In this document: positions 37,962 through 47,553 of the stretch, piece after piece | Layout: each line of letters opens with the position of its first letter | Numbering within the stretch: the first letter of the stretch is position 1 | NCBI GenBank assembly: GCA_963667175.2 | Contig: CAXXXF010000018.1 | Span: 64,001 to 128,000, forward strand | Source: Candidatus Latescibacterota bacterium | GTDB lineage: Bacteria > Latescibacterota > UBA2968 > GCA-2709665 | Direction of reading: 5' to 3' | Length of the DNA stretch: 64,000 nucleotides | The notes under the pieces: model-generated | What the model was told of the DNA's origin: nothing | The model's input: only the letters and a program-made list of their open reading frames with translations | Database searches by the model: none | Position numbers and translations under genes: made by a program

Positions 37962-39272
37962 ATGAAGATCGCCCACGTTTCCGACTTCCATCTCCGCCAT
38001 CATCTGCCCGGCACCTCGACCATATCCAGACGTCTGAGCCGGCATATGCCGGACCTGATATCGCAGGCGGTGGAACGCATCCGCGCGGAATCGCCCGATC
38101 TCGCGGTTGTAACCGGCGACCTTGTCGACCACCCCTTTTACGGGATGCGCGATTGCCAACTGGTCGCCCTTGGGGAGAAGGACCTTTGTCTCGTCCGGGA
38201 ATGTTTCGCGCCGCTGACGTGTCCGGTGGCCTTTCTGTACGGCAACCACGACCATCCCGAATCCTTTCACCGGGTCTACGGCGACCTGCCCGCGGAGTTT
38301 GAGGTTGCCGGCCACCGCGTCCTGATCTTCTTCGACGACGAAGTGGACGACCACTTCCCCCAGCGGATGGGTGCGCAGCGCGAACGGTTTCTCGCCGCGC
38401 TGAACGACGACGACCCGCGGACTCAGATCCATCTCCAGCACTATCTCGTCGCGCCCGTCCGTGCGCGCGGCTATCCTCACGCGTACCGGGAGGCCGAAAG
38501 CCTCAGGGCCGCCCTTGTGGCGGACAGCAGGGTCCGCCTGGTGCTTTGCGGGCATTATCACAAGGGGGACCGTCTGTTCAACGAAGGCCACGTGTACTTC
38601 GGCAATGCGCCCGCGTTCGGGGAGCCCCCACATCCGTTTCGCGTCTACAATTTGGATGACACGGGCGTCACGCAGACTGAGTTCCATCTCCGCCCGACAA
38701 AGGCGCCAAAGCGGCGCGCGGTGTTCCTCGACCGGGACGGCACGATCAACCCGCAACCGGCCTATCGTACCGGTCCCGAGGAGTTCAGCCTGCTGTCCGG
38801 CGCCGCGGAAGCCCTGTCGAAATTGAAGCGCGCCGGTTATGTTCTCGTGGTTGTCTCGAATCAGACCGCCGTCGGCCAGGGTTACGTGACCACCGAGACG
38901 GTCGGCGCCGTCAATGATCGCATGGCATCGCTGCTCCGGGTTTTGGGCGTGGAACTGGATGGCGTCTACTGCCGTTATCACAGCCCGGGCGCGGTGCTGC
39001 CGGAACATCGGACCGATCAGCCGGAAACCAAGCCCAGCCCCGCGATGCTCGATGCCGCGGCAGAAGACCTGAATCTCGACCTTTCTGCTTCTTTCATGGT
39101 GGGCGACCGGAAAAGCGACGTGGAGGCCGGGCGAAACGCCAGCTGCCGCGCGTCCATCCTGGTGAAGACCGGTGGCGGTCCGGAGGCGCTGGCGAAGATG
39201 CCGCCCGGTCACGCGGATTTCGTTGCCGAGGACCTCGGCAACGCCGCGGACTGGATTCTGGAGCAGAGATGA
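37962..39272 (+). CDS. Fusion: calcineurin-like metallophosphoesterase + GmhB-like HAD-IIIA phosphatase
   Basis: SDFH, TGDLVD, GNHD, GHYH, followed by FLDRDGTIN, VSNQ, KPSP, MVGDRKSD. Confidence 0.88.
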   Translation: MKIAHVSDFHLRHHLPGTSTISRRLSRHMPDLISQAVERIRAESPDLAVVTGDLVDHPFYGMRDCQLVALGEKDLCLVRECFAPLTCPVAFLYGNHDHPESFHRVYGDLPAEFEVAGHRVLIFFDDEVDDHFPQRMGAQRERFLAALNDDDPRTQIHLQHYLVAPVRARGYPHAYREAESLRAALVADSRVRLVLCGHYHKGDRLFNEGHVYFGNAPAFGEPPHPFRVYNLDDTGVTQTEFHLRPTKAPKRRAVFLDRDGTINPQPAYRTGPEEFSLLSGAAEALSKLKRAGYVLVVVSNQTAVGQGYVTTETVGAVNDRMASLLRVLGVELDGVYCRYHSPGAVLPEHRTDQPETKPSPAMLDAAAEDLNLDLSASFMVGDRKSDVEAGRNASCRASILVKTGGGPEALAKMPPGHADFVAEDLGNAADWILEQR

Positions 39273-39895
39273 TGGCAGGTATCCGCGTCCGATCCATATT
39301 TTGGGTTCTGATCCCGGCGGCCGCGGTGGCCGGGATCATCGCCGTCGTCCTCACCAGGTATGCGCGGGAACTGGACCGCCTCATCGGCGACGGGCCGGAG
39401 GGCGCTGCGGCTGCCGGTCTCCCGCCCATCCTGCACAGGGTCGCGGACTCGCTGTCCGCGACTGACCTGGCGGGTCTTCTCGCCCGACAATTCGTTCCGC
39501 CGGACCGTTCGGATCTTTCAAGTGGATTCAAACGGACCGGTTACGCCCTTCTGATGGCCCGGAAATACGAAAAAGAAAGCCTCCTGGCTTTCTTTTTCGA
39601 CCGGACTCCCTTCCCTTTTCCTCGAAAGACCCCCGTGCCGGGCTTCGAGGGCGCCGCCCGGGCTTACTTCGGCGTACCTCCGGCCCGGATGACCGCGGGC
39701 GAAGCCGTCCTGTTGTTCCATCTTGCCCGTTTTCCCGATGCGCCGGCGCCGGTGACCGACCCGGAACGCGCCATCGAACTCCGAAACCGCCTGCTGCGGG
39801 ATCTCATGAATGACGGTACGATTAGCGCGGCACAATACCGGTCCGAATCCGGCCGGCCGCTCATCCTTTCCGGAAGCCATCCGGCCGTGTGGTGA
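39269..39895 (+). CDS. Membrane-anchored degenerate transglycosylase (GT51-like) domain protein
   Basis: N-terminal TM; GFEGAARAYFG...MTAGEAVLL...PERAIELRNRLLRDLMNDGTIS resembles the C-terminal half of GT51. No EDxxFxxH motif. Confidence 0.6.
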   Translation: MMAGIRVRSIFWVLIPAAAVAGIIAVVLTRYARELDRLIGDGPEGAAAAGLPPILHRVADSLSATDLAGLLARQFVPPDRSDLSSGFKRTGYALLMARKYEKESLLAFFFDRTPFPFPRKTPVPGFEGAARAYFGVPPARMTAGEAVLLFHLARFPDAPAPVTDPERAIELRNRLLRDLMNDGTISAAQYRSESGRPLILSGSHPAVW

Positions 39896-39956
39896 CGGGC
39901 CGGATGGGTAAAGAATCAGGCCACAATCGCGGTCCGTCCGACGGGTGGCGCGGACG

Positions 39957-40040
39957 AAAAATCCGGGCCTCTATCCGAGACTCGGCCTGTCGGGAGGGAG
40001 ATGCAGGCAGAGCGCGTGACAGAGGCCCGCGTCCTGAATC
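39957..40040 (-). ncRNA. Candidate small hairpin RNA (or long terminator)
   Basis: 12-bp outer stem CGGGCCTCTGTC/GATAGAGGCCCG, inner GCCTG/CAGGC stem, C-rich loop, U tract. Upstream TTGACT-17bp-TATATA. Confidence 0.35.
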
Positions 40041-40120
40041 ACGATAATATATATCCGATTTTACACGCCGAGTCAATACCCTCTCCTCACTTTTTCGCGA
40101 CTGATTGCGGGGATCGGAAA

Positions 40121-40140
40121 CCACACACACAAGTGTGTGG
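40121..40140. promoter_or_regulatory. Palindromic operator-like motif, copy 1
   Basis: CCACACAC-ACAA-GTGTGTGG; 17-mer ACACACACAAGTGTGTG is identical to 45766-45782. Confidence 0.55.
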
Positions 40141-40556
40141 ACCCTTGAGCCGGATGTAGTCCGCGGATTGGTCCAATTGCTCCAATCCGGAGCCATCTTC
40201 GCTGCAGTGTGCGGCCCACCTGGATTTCGCGGCGGCCGAACTACATTTCGCGCCCGCAGGGAGCGCGGGAACCTGTCACGTCTCCCGGCGGCTGGGCATG
40301 ACGACGCACCCTCCGCACGACGGGTTCAACAGATGGTTTCGCGACTGCCGGCTGTTTTCGAAATTGGCTGTGATCTTTGTTAAGGATTATCACGAAAAAC
40401 TCACAATATTGATGGAACTTCCCGTATATTATCGCTACGTTGAGGATTTTTGATTGATCCGGAACCCACTAAACACCGGGATCACGTATCGAGATTCCCG
40501 CCGGGGCTGATGGAATGGCGTGTAACCCAAAAGTGACAACAGTAACGGGGTACGGC

Positions 40557-43500
40557 ATGCGCAATACATTCATCAAATGGAAAATGTCGTTGCCATTTCT
40601 GGCGCTCCTCGCGATGCTTTGCGGACACCCGGCGTCCGTCGCCGGTCAGGAAGCGATTGAGGAAGCAGACTACCAGACATGGCATCTACCCAACGGCGCG
40701 ACCGCGCGTCTGGGAAAAGGAACGATTGGTTTCGGGGACCGCGAACTGGACGTTTCTACCGACGGGCGAACGCTCGCCATAGGGAGCCGCGTCGGCGTCT
40801 GGCTGTACGATGGGACCAGGGCCCGCACGCTGGCGCTGTTGCCGAGCCCGGACCGAATCGCTTCGGTGTCGTTTTCGCCGGACGGGAGCACATTGGCCAC
40901 CGTATCCGAGGCCGGTACGCTATTGCTCTGGGACGTGGCCACCCGATCGGAGAACGCGACCCTGGAAGGGCATTCGGGCAAAGTCAATGCGGCGTTATTT
41001 TCTCCCGCAGGGAACACGCTGGCCACCACAACGGAAGAAGGCGCGGTAATCTTGTGGGACGCGGCTTCCAGAACACAGGCGGCCACACTCAACGGACACG
41101 CGGGCAACGTCACTTCGATCGCGTTTTCGCCTGACGGAGGCACGCTTGCCACCGCGTCGGAGGATGGCCTGGTGCTGTTGTGGGACGTGAACGCGCAAAC
41201 CCGGCTCGACACACCCGAAGGGATTGCGGACGCTGTGACGTCGCTGTCGTTTTCCCGCGACGGCGGTACACTGGCCACCGCGTCGGGCGATAGCTCGGTG
41301 GTGCTATGGGACGTCGCCCTTGCGGAGGCAGATACCCTCATGGGTGATGCTGCCGACGTCACGTTGGTGGCATTTTCGCCGAAAGCGGACACTCTGACCA
41401 CTGCATCGGCGGATGGCACGGTGTTGCTGTGGAACGTCGCAGAACGACGCGTGGTCGATACGTTCGAAGGACATACGGGTAGCGTCACATCGTTGGTATT
41501 TTCGAAGGACGGCGGCACGCTCGCCACCGGGTCGGCGGATGGCACGGTGCGGTTCTGGGACGTGGAGACAGGCTACTTCGTCGCATTTGGCGGACACAGA
41601 CCCGCGGTCACGTCGATAGGACTCTCTCCCGATAGCGACACGTTGGCCGCCGGTTCGGCGGGGGGAGCGGTACACCTGTGGGACGTGGGCGAGCGAATGC
41701 AGTTCGATATCCTCAAGAGGCATCGCGAAAGCGTCACGTCGGTGGTGTATGCCCCGGATGGCGACACGCTGGCAACCGCGTCGCAGGACAGTACGGTCGT
41801 TCTGTGGGACGTGGCCAGCCGGATGGCGGCCTCCACTTTCGAAGGGCATGGGGATGGCGTTCGTTCGGCAGCGTACTCGCCCGATGGGACCATGCTGGCT
41901 ACCGTGTCGGATGACGGCGCCGTATTGCTGTGGGAGGGCGCCACGCGACGCGTGGCCGCCACCCTCGGCGGGAGTGCGGATGGCTTTGGGTCGGTGGTGT
42001 TTTCGCCCGAAGGCGACGCGCTGGCCACGGGGTCGGCAAACGGCTCGGTCGTTCTGTGGGACGTGGCCTCGCGATCACGTATCGCCGCACTCGAAGGGCA
42101 CAGAGGGAGTGTCAATACCGTCGTGTTTTCGCCGGACGGGAGCACGGTGGTCACCGGTTCGAGCGACAAAACGATCAAAGTGTGGGACGTGGCCACGCGA
42201 TCGCAGTTGGCCACCCTGCAAGGTCATACGGGCGGGGTTGGAGCCCTCGATTTTTCATTGGACGGCAGCAGGCTGGTTTCCGGGTCGAACGACAACTCAA
42301 TCAAGCTCTGGAACGTGAGCGCGCGAACCGAGGTCGCGACGCTGGTCGGGCACACCGCCAACGTCAATTCGGTTGTTTTTTCGTCGGACAGGGTCACGTT
42401 GGTTTCCGGGTCGGAAGACGGTACCATGCTGTTGTGGGACCTGTCGGCGTGGCTGGGCCTCCGTCCCCTCTCCCTGGAGACCATCTCCGGCGACGGACAG
42501 GAGGGCGCGCCGGGCGGAACGCTTGCCAAGCCGCTTGTCGTGGAAGTGAAAGACCACAATGGCGATCCCGTGCCCGGCGTCGCCGTGACGTTTACGGTCT
42601 CAGCCGGACAGGGGCGGCTCGGCGACCGTTTCACGGTCCAGCAGACCCGGACGGATGCGGACGGCCGCGCATCCGTCGTACTGACGCTGGGGAACCGGGT
42701 GGGCACAAACACCGTCGAGGTAACGCTCGGCGGTCGTGAACTGGCAACCTTTTCCGCGGACGGAGTGGGGACCTCCCCCGTGGTGATGGACGGCGACCCC
42801 CGCAGGTGGCGTCTGCCCGAAAGGGCGACGGCGCGCCTGGGCAGAGGAGCGATTGGAAGGGGCGACCGCGCGCTGGCCCTGTCGAGGGACGCAAAGACAC
42901 TGGCCGTGGCAAGCGGCGTGGGGGTGTGGCTGTATGACGTGGGCAGGTCCCGGGACGCCGCACTTCTTTCAGGTCCCGAGCGTGTGCATGCGGTGGCGTT
43001 TTCAAGGTCCGGCGCCCTCGCGGCGGGCCTGGCCAACGGCGGTGTCGAACTCTGGAATCCCGCCATGGGCGCCCGCATTGCGACGCTCGAAGGAAGTGCG
43101 GCGTCGATCGTATCCGTGGCATTTTCGGATGACGGCGCCACGATCGCCGCCGGCGCGGAAGATGGCACGGTCAGGCTGTGGGACGTAGACGGGCAAACCG
43201 GGGTCGCCACCGTCCGGGCGCACTCGGGGAGTGTGACTTCCGTGGCATTCTCGTCCGACGGGGCCACCCTGGCCACCGGCTCGGCGTACGGCGCGGTCAA
43301 ACTGTGGGACGTCGGCGCCCGAACCGAGGCCGCCGCGCTGGAAGGCCACGCGGACGGAGTCCATTCGGTCGCATTTTCGGCAGACGGAAGCACCCTGGCG
43401 GCCGGGCTGGCGGCCGGTACGGTCAAACTGTGGAACACCGTCGCACGGACCGAGGCCGGCACGCTGCGAGGCCACGCGGACGGGGTCCGTTCGGTGGCGT

Positions 43501-44789
43501 TTTCGGAGGACGGGAGCACACTGGTCACCGGCTCGGCGGACGGCACGGTCAAACTGTGGGACGTCGCCACGCAGGAACTGAAGGACACCCTGAGAGATCA
43601 CGGGGGCATGGTCTATTCAGTAGCGTTCGCACGCGGCGGATCGATCCTTGCCTCGGGGTCGGCGGACGGATCGGTCGTCGTTCGAAACGTCGCGACGGGA
43701 AATGCCGCCGTGATCTACGGATACAGGTCTCTTGCGTCGTTGACCGTTTCGCCCGACGGAGGCACGCTGGCCACGGGCACGCGTGACAACCGCGTGACGC
43801 TGTGGGACGTGTCGACGCGAACGGCGGTCGCGACACTCGCGGAGCACACCGATTGGGTCCGCTCAGTGGCGTTTTCGCGCGACAGGAGCACGTTGGCATC
43901 CGGGTCGAGCGATCACTCAATCAGGCTGTGGGACGTGGCCACGCGAACCGTGATCGCCACGCTTGACGGGCGTAGCTGGGTCTATTCGCTGGCGTTTTCT
44001 CCGGACGGGAGCACGCTGGCCGCAGGGCTGCGACGTGGAACGGCGACGTTGTGGGACCTGGCGACACGTGCCCGGGTCGCAATTCTCGATGGCCATGAGC
44101 CCACGGGCGGCGTCGGATCCGTGGCGTTTTCTCCGGACGGGAGCACGCTGGCCACAGGATCCAGCGACAGGACGGTCAAGTTCTGGGACGTGGCCGCGCG
44201 AACGGAGATCGCCACGCTGGAAGGACACAACGGCTGGGTGTATTCGGTCGCGTTTTCGGAGGATGGGAGCGCCCTGGCTTCGGGGTCGCAGGACGGCACG
44301 GTGCGAATATGGGACGTGGCCGCGCGAACGGAGATTGCCACGCTGGAAGGACACAGCGGCTGGGTGTATTCGGTCGCGTTTTCGGAGGATGGGAGCGCCC
44401 TGGCTTCGGGGTCGCAGGACGGCACGGTGCGAATATGGGACGTGGCCGCGCGAACGGAGATTGCCACGCTGGAAGGGCACAGCGACTGGGTCTATTCGGT
44501 CGCGTTCCTCGACGACGCAAACCGGCTGGTGTCCGGATCGAGAGACGGCACAATGCTGTTGTGGGATCTCTCGGCGCCGGAACCGCCGCCGGTGACGACT
44601 CCGAGGACTCCCGTGGCGGACTTCAACGGTGACGGCGCCGTGGGTTTCGCCGACTTCGTGTTGTTCGCGCAACACTTCGGATTGCGGCAAGGTGACGCGG
44701 GTTTTGACGCCAGGTACGACCTGGATGAAGACGGCGTAATCGCCTTCAGCGACTTTGTGGAGTTTGCCGGCGCGTTCGGACAGGGTTAA
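40557..44789 (+). CDS. Large secreted WD40-repeat protein with central Ig-like (Big_1/invasin) domain and C-terminal dockerin/EF-hand-like pair
   Basis: Signal peptide; two blocks of GH...VAFSPDG.TLA.GS.D..V.LWD repeats, each preceded by W.LP..ATARLG.G; ISGDGQEG..G..L..PLVVEV..GVAVTF..TDADG.AS Ig domain; DFNGDGAVGFADF and DLDEDGVIAFSDF. Confidence 0.93.
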   Translation: MRNTFIKWKMSLPFLALLAMLCGHPASVAGQEAIEEADYQTWHLPNGATARLGKGTIGFGDRELDVSTDGRTLAIGSRVGVWLYDGTRARTLALLPSPDRIASVSFSPDGSTLATVSEAGTLLLWDVATRSENATLEGHSGKVNAALFSPAGNTLATTTEEGAVILWDAASRTQAATLNGHAGNVTSIAFSPDGGTLATASEDGLVLLWDVNAQTRLDTPEGIADAVTSLSFSRDGGTLATASGDSSVVLWDVALAEADTLMGDAADVTLVAFSPKADTLTTASADGTVLLWNVAERRVVDTFEGHTGSVTSLVFSKDGGTLATGSADGTVRFWDVETGYFVAFGGHRPAVTSIGLSPDSDTLAAGSAGGAVHLWDVGERMQFDILKRHRESVTSVVYAPDGDTLATASQDSTVVLWDVASRMAASTFEGHGDGVRSAAYSPDGTMLATVSDDGAVLLWEGATRRVAATLGGSADGFGSVVFSPEGDALATGSANGSVVLWDVASRSRIAALEGHRGSVNTVVFSPDGSTVVTGSSDKTIKVWDVATRSQLATLQGHTGGVGALDFSLDGSRLVSGSNDNSIKLWNVSARTEVATLVGHTANVNSVVFSSDRVTLVSGSEDGTMLLWDLSAWLGLRPLSLETISGDGQEGAPGGTLAKPLVVEVKDHNGDPVPGVAVTFTVSAGQGRLGDRFTVQQTRTDADGRASVVLTLGNRVGTNTVEVTLGGRELATFSADGVGTSPVVMDGDPRRWRLPERATARLGRGAIGRGDRALALSRDAKTLAVASGVGVWLYDVGRSRDAALLSGPERVHAVAFSRSGALAAGLANGGVELWNPAMGARIATLEGSAASIVSVAFSDDGATIAAGAEDGTVRLWDVDGQTGVATVRAHSGSVTSVAFSSDGATLATGSAYGAVKLWDVGARTEAAALEGHADGVHSVAFSADGSTLAAGLAAGTVKLWNTVARTEAGTLRGHADGVRSVAFSEDGSTLVTGSADGTVKLWDVATQELKDTLRDHGGMVYSVAFARGGSILASGSADGSVVVRNVATGNAAVIYGYRSLASLTVSPDGGTLATGTRDNRVTLWDVSTRTAVATLAEHTDWVRSVAFSRDRSTLASGSSDHSIRLWDVATRTVIATLDGRSWVYSLAFSPDGSTLAAGLRRGTATLWDLATRARVAILDGHEPTGGVGSVAFSPDGSTLATGSSDRTVKFWDVAARTEIATLEGHNGWVYSVAFSEDGSALASGSQDGTVRIWDVAARTEIATLEGHSGWVYSVAFSEDGSALASGSQDGTVRIWDVAARTEIATLEGHSDWVYSVAFLDDANRLVSGSRDGTMLLWDLSAPEPPPVTTPRTPVADFNGDGAVGFADFVLFAQHFGLRQGDAGFDARYDLDEDGVIAFSDFVEFAGAFGQG
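44184..44506 (+). repeat. Near-identical 126-bp tandem repeats (about 2.6 copies) encoding WD40 units
   Basis: Units start at 44184, 44310 and 44436 with TGGGACGTGGCCGCGCGAACGGAGAT; the first two differ at only 2 positions. Confidence 0.92.
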
Positions 44790-44879
44790 GCCATGGACGG
44801 GGAGTCAGGCCTCCGCGGCGTTGACGGATGAGTTCACGTTGCGAAGGGGATGACGGGCTCGGTGAGGCTGGAAGGGAAG

Positions 44880-45626
44880 CTAACGGATGATCTCGATTCG
44901 GACCACGTTCTTGACGTTGGCGCACTTGTCGTCGGTCTCAGGAATGAACAGGCGGATCGGCCCGCCCAGCCGTTCGGGGAGCGGATGGCCGCCGATGCGG
45001 TAGACGAGGATGCCGTTTTCGACCGCCGCGGCGAGGGAGACCCGCGCAAAAAACCCTTCGTCGGCCGAATGAAAGACGACGTCGCGCTCAGCAACGCCTG
45101 ATGCCGCGCCTCTCAGAAGCGTGGCGACGGAAATCGCGGACCCGCGCCGTCCAGGAACCAAACGGCCGACGTCTTCGATCTGCTCGGGGATCCGCAGCAG
45201 GTCACCGTACGTGAATACCATCGGCCCTGGCAGGCATCCCTCGACGGTCAACAACGGCGCGGTTTCGTCACTGTCCAGGCCCGACGTTGTCTGGTCGATG
45301 TAATCGTGTGCGATTTCGACCAGCCTCGGGTCGAAGCCGACGGCCGGCGCGACGCGAATTTCAAGATCCGGATGGTCCCTGCAAACTGTGTCCGTACGCT
45401 GTCGGATCAGACGCAACTCCGGCTTGCCAGCATGGAAGAGGAACGGCAGGACCGCGATCCGGGCTGCGCCGCGTTGAACGCACGCCGCCAGCGCGTCTTC
45501 CAGGGCCGGGTGGCCTTCCAGAACGCCGGCCTCAACCGCAACGCCCCTGTGCCGCAGCGCGTCGGCGACCTGAGTGAGACAGTTGTCATCCGGGTGCCGC
45601 CCGACCAGTACCGTGGCGTGAGTCAT
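44880..45626 (-). CDS. Fusion: degenerate CbiX/SirB chelatase-like domain + molybdopterin-oxidoreductase-like domain
   Basis: P.LEDAL..CVQRGA.RIAVLPFLF.AG and APAVGFDPRLVEI (CbiX-like), then LTVEG..FTY.DL, SADEGF, G.PLPERLGGPIRL.IP, NVKNVVRIE. GGAGG RBS. Confidence 0.7.
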   Translation of the reverse strand: MTHATVLVGRHPDDNCLTQVADALRHRGVAVEAGVLEGHPALEDALAACVQRGAARIAVLPFLFHAGKPELRLIRQRTDTVCRDHPDLEIRVAPAVGFDPRLVEIAHDYIDQTTSGLDSDETAPLLTVEGCLPGPMVFTYGDLLRIPEQIEDVGRLVPGRRGSAISVATLLRGAASGVAERDVVFHSADEGFFARVSLAAAVENGILVYRIGGHPLPERLGGPIRLFIPETDDKCANVKNVVRIEIIR

Positions 45627-45763
45627 CGGACTGCCTCCATCGTTCGACGGTATCTTCAAGCAATGCACCGATGATCCCCGGCGCGCGACCCTCGACGTCC
45701 TTGTTCCGCTTCTGACCGCACAACCAGATCCTGATCGCCGTCGCCAATCCGGCGAGTGAGGGT

Positions 45764-45785
45764 ATACACACACAAGTGTGTGTAT
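45764..45785. promoter_or_regulatory. Palindromic operator-like motif, copy 2
   Basis: Perfect ATACACACAC-AA-GTGTGTGTAT. Confidence 0.6.
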
Positions 45786-45841
45786 TGGCCAATTTCCTGA
45801 TTTTACGTCGGTTAATTCCAGTTGTGAGCCACCATCTCGCG

Positions 45842-46123
45842 TTATTCGTCCTGCCGACTCGAAGCCCCTCTCAATTCCCTTCGCGCAACCGATAGCGCCA
45901 TGACTTCCAGTGCGTTGATGAGGTAGACGTCGCGCGCGTGGCTGTCCAGGGCCTCGGCCATCTGTTTGGCGAGCGCGGGAATTTCAGCCTCCAGATCGGC
46001 TCTCATGTCTTCCCAGCCGGTCAGTCGACCGTGTTTGCCGCGGTACGACTCCCGTGCGGCCCGGTAGATGGCCCTGGCGAGCGTGCGCGGGTCTCCGTCG
46101 AGATGGATCTGGGGTTCGTTCAT
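45842..46123 (-). CDS. Small helical hypothetical protein
   Basis: 93 aa from ATG 46123 with host-like codon pattern; no recognisable motif. Confidence 0.55.
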   Translation of the reverse strand: MNEPQIHLDGDPRTLARAIYRAARESYRGKHGRLTGWEDMRADLEAEIPALAKQMAEALDSHARDVYLINALEVMALSVARRELRGASSRQDE

Positions 46124-46236
46124 CTTGCCTTGTGCGGTCGCGGGTTTGAGGGTGGGGCCTGCCTGCAGCGCAGTTCGCTGCGCAGGCAGGCAGACGTTCC
46201 TGTCTGCCTGATTTCGACGGTGCATTTTTCTTGCGG

Positions 46237-47553
46237 TCATTCATCCTGTTTCTTGTTCAATTCTCTTTCCAGTCTTCTGACATTTCGCCCAGTAAGAGTT
46301 ACCTCTCCGACTCCAGGCAGGTTGACCCTTACGTTCGATGCGGCCTTCAGTAACACACCTATGGCATCTTCCGATGGATGCTGAGCCCGCCCACCGTTCG
46401 ACTGATCCATAAATAAGCCCGCCGTCAGGCGGTCCACCATCACGCCAGGCATCTCGCCGCCCTTGTCTTCCTGCCACTCCAACAACATCTCAGTAGCGTA
46501 GCCGGCTCGATCTACGTCCAGCGCAAGTTGCTGAAGTTTAAACTCCTGGTCCGCATGCTGCCTGAACCAGTGATCGTTCCATCGAATATAGTAGATCGCA
46601 GTGAGGGCGAATCCGAATAACCCTAGCGGAAGTCGCCCGAAGTCCAACCATAGCGCCAAGCCTTCCGTTGCAATTGGTGGAACGAACAGCGAACGCGCGA
46701 TCAATCCTCCTGACGCAAGGAGCAGAACCACAAATATCATATGAATCGGCCACCGCTTTCGTTGTGTTTCTGGCGTCAGCTCGAATTTCTCGGATCGATT
46801 TGCAATCTTCTTTTGTAGATCCCTGCTCTGCTCCCTCCGCGCGTGTCTCGCCGTACGATCATCGAGTTCCTTTCTTAGGCTATCAAGTTGTTCATCGCGG
46901 GCTTTTAATTCAGCCAACCGCTCAGCGTGTCTTTCCTCACGGCTTTGGTCTTTTTCGTCAAATGCCTTCGAGAGTGCCTTCTTGTGCTCTGCCACTTCGG
47001 CATCGAGCTTCAGGCGATAGTCGTGAGTCTCCTTCACGATTCTATTGGTCAATGCCTCCAGGCGAGACAGACCTTCTTCTCGGAGCCGGTAAAACTCGGC
47101 CATTTCTGGTCCAAGTGCCCGCTCTATCGATGCCGTCCGGTTGAATGGAACGAACTGCTTCTGAACGGCGGCTAACGACTTAGAGACTTCTAAAGGGTCA
47201 TGAGGACCTTCTTCATAGGAAAATTGGATCTCGTCGGCGCCTTTTTTACCGTCCCGGCGGACGGTTATTTGCAGTTTCAATGCCACAAAACTGATTATTG
47301 CAATACTCCAGGTTGCACTGTCGTGTTGTTTAGCGAATTGTGTGAGCGGATGACGCTCTACCTCAATTAAAGTGAAAGGCGGTACTTCATAACTGTCAAT
47401 TAAGGCCACCGATACATGACAATCTGGTGGTTTCTGGCCCAGGTCGTTTGCAATTTCCGCAAAAGCGCTCAAGACTCTTGCGTCACTGGACGTAGGCGAG
47501 TGGAACGCTGTGTTCGATGCCAATGTGACCTCCAATCCTGACCGAGAATCCAC
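46237..47553 (-). CDS. Hypothetical coiled-coil protein with two C-terminal TM helices
   Basis: 438 aa, long charged coiled coil, TM segments IHMIFVVLLLASGGLIA and LPLGLFGFALTAIYYI; AT-richer than flanks. Confidence 0.75.
   Translation of the reverse strand: MDSRSGLEVTLASNTAFHSPTSSDARVLSAFAEIANDLGQKPPDCHVSVALIDSYEVPPFTLIEVERHPLTQFAKQHDSATWSIAIISFVALKLQITVRRDGKKGADEIQFSYEEGPHDPLEVSKSLAAVQKQFVPFNRTASIERALGPEMAEFYRLREEGLSRLEALTNRIVKETHDYRLKLDAEVAEHKKALSKAFDEKDQSREERHAERLAELKARDEQLDSLRKELDDRTARHARREQSRDLQKKIANRSEKFELTPETQRKRWPIHMIFVVLLLASGGLIARSLFVPPIATEGLALWLDFGRLPLGLFGFALTAIYYIRWNDHWFRQHADQEFKLQQLALDVDRAGYATEMLLEWQEDKGGEMPGVMVDRLTAGLFMDQSNGGRAQHPSEDAIGVLLKAASNVRVNLPGVGEVTLTGRNVRRLERELNKKQDE

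Noticed and set aside
45627-45760. Cobalamin or Moco riboswitch upstream of the CbiX-like fusion
   Set aside because: The conserved B12-box and Moco motif cores could not be found by eye.
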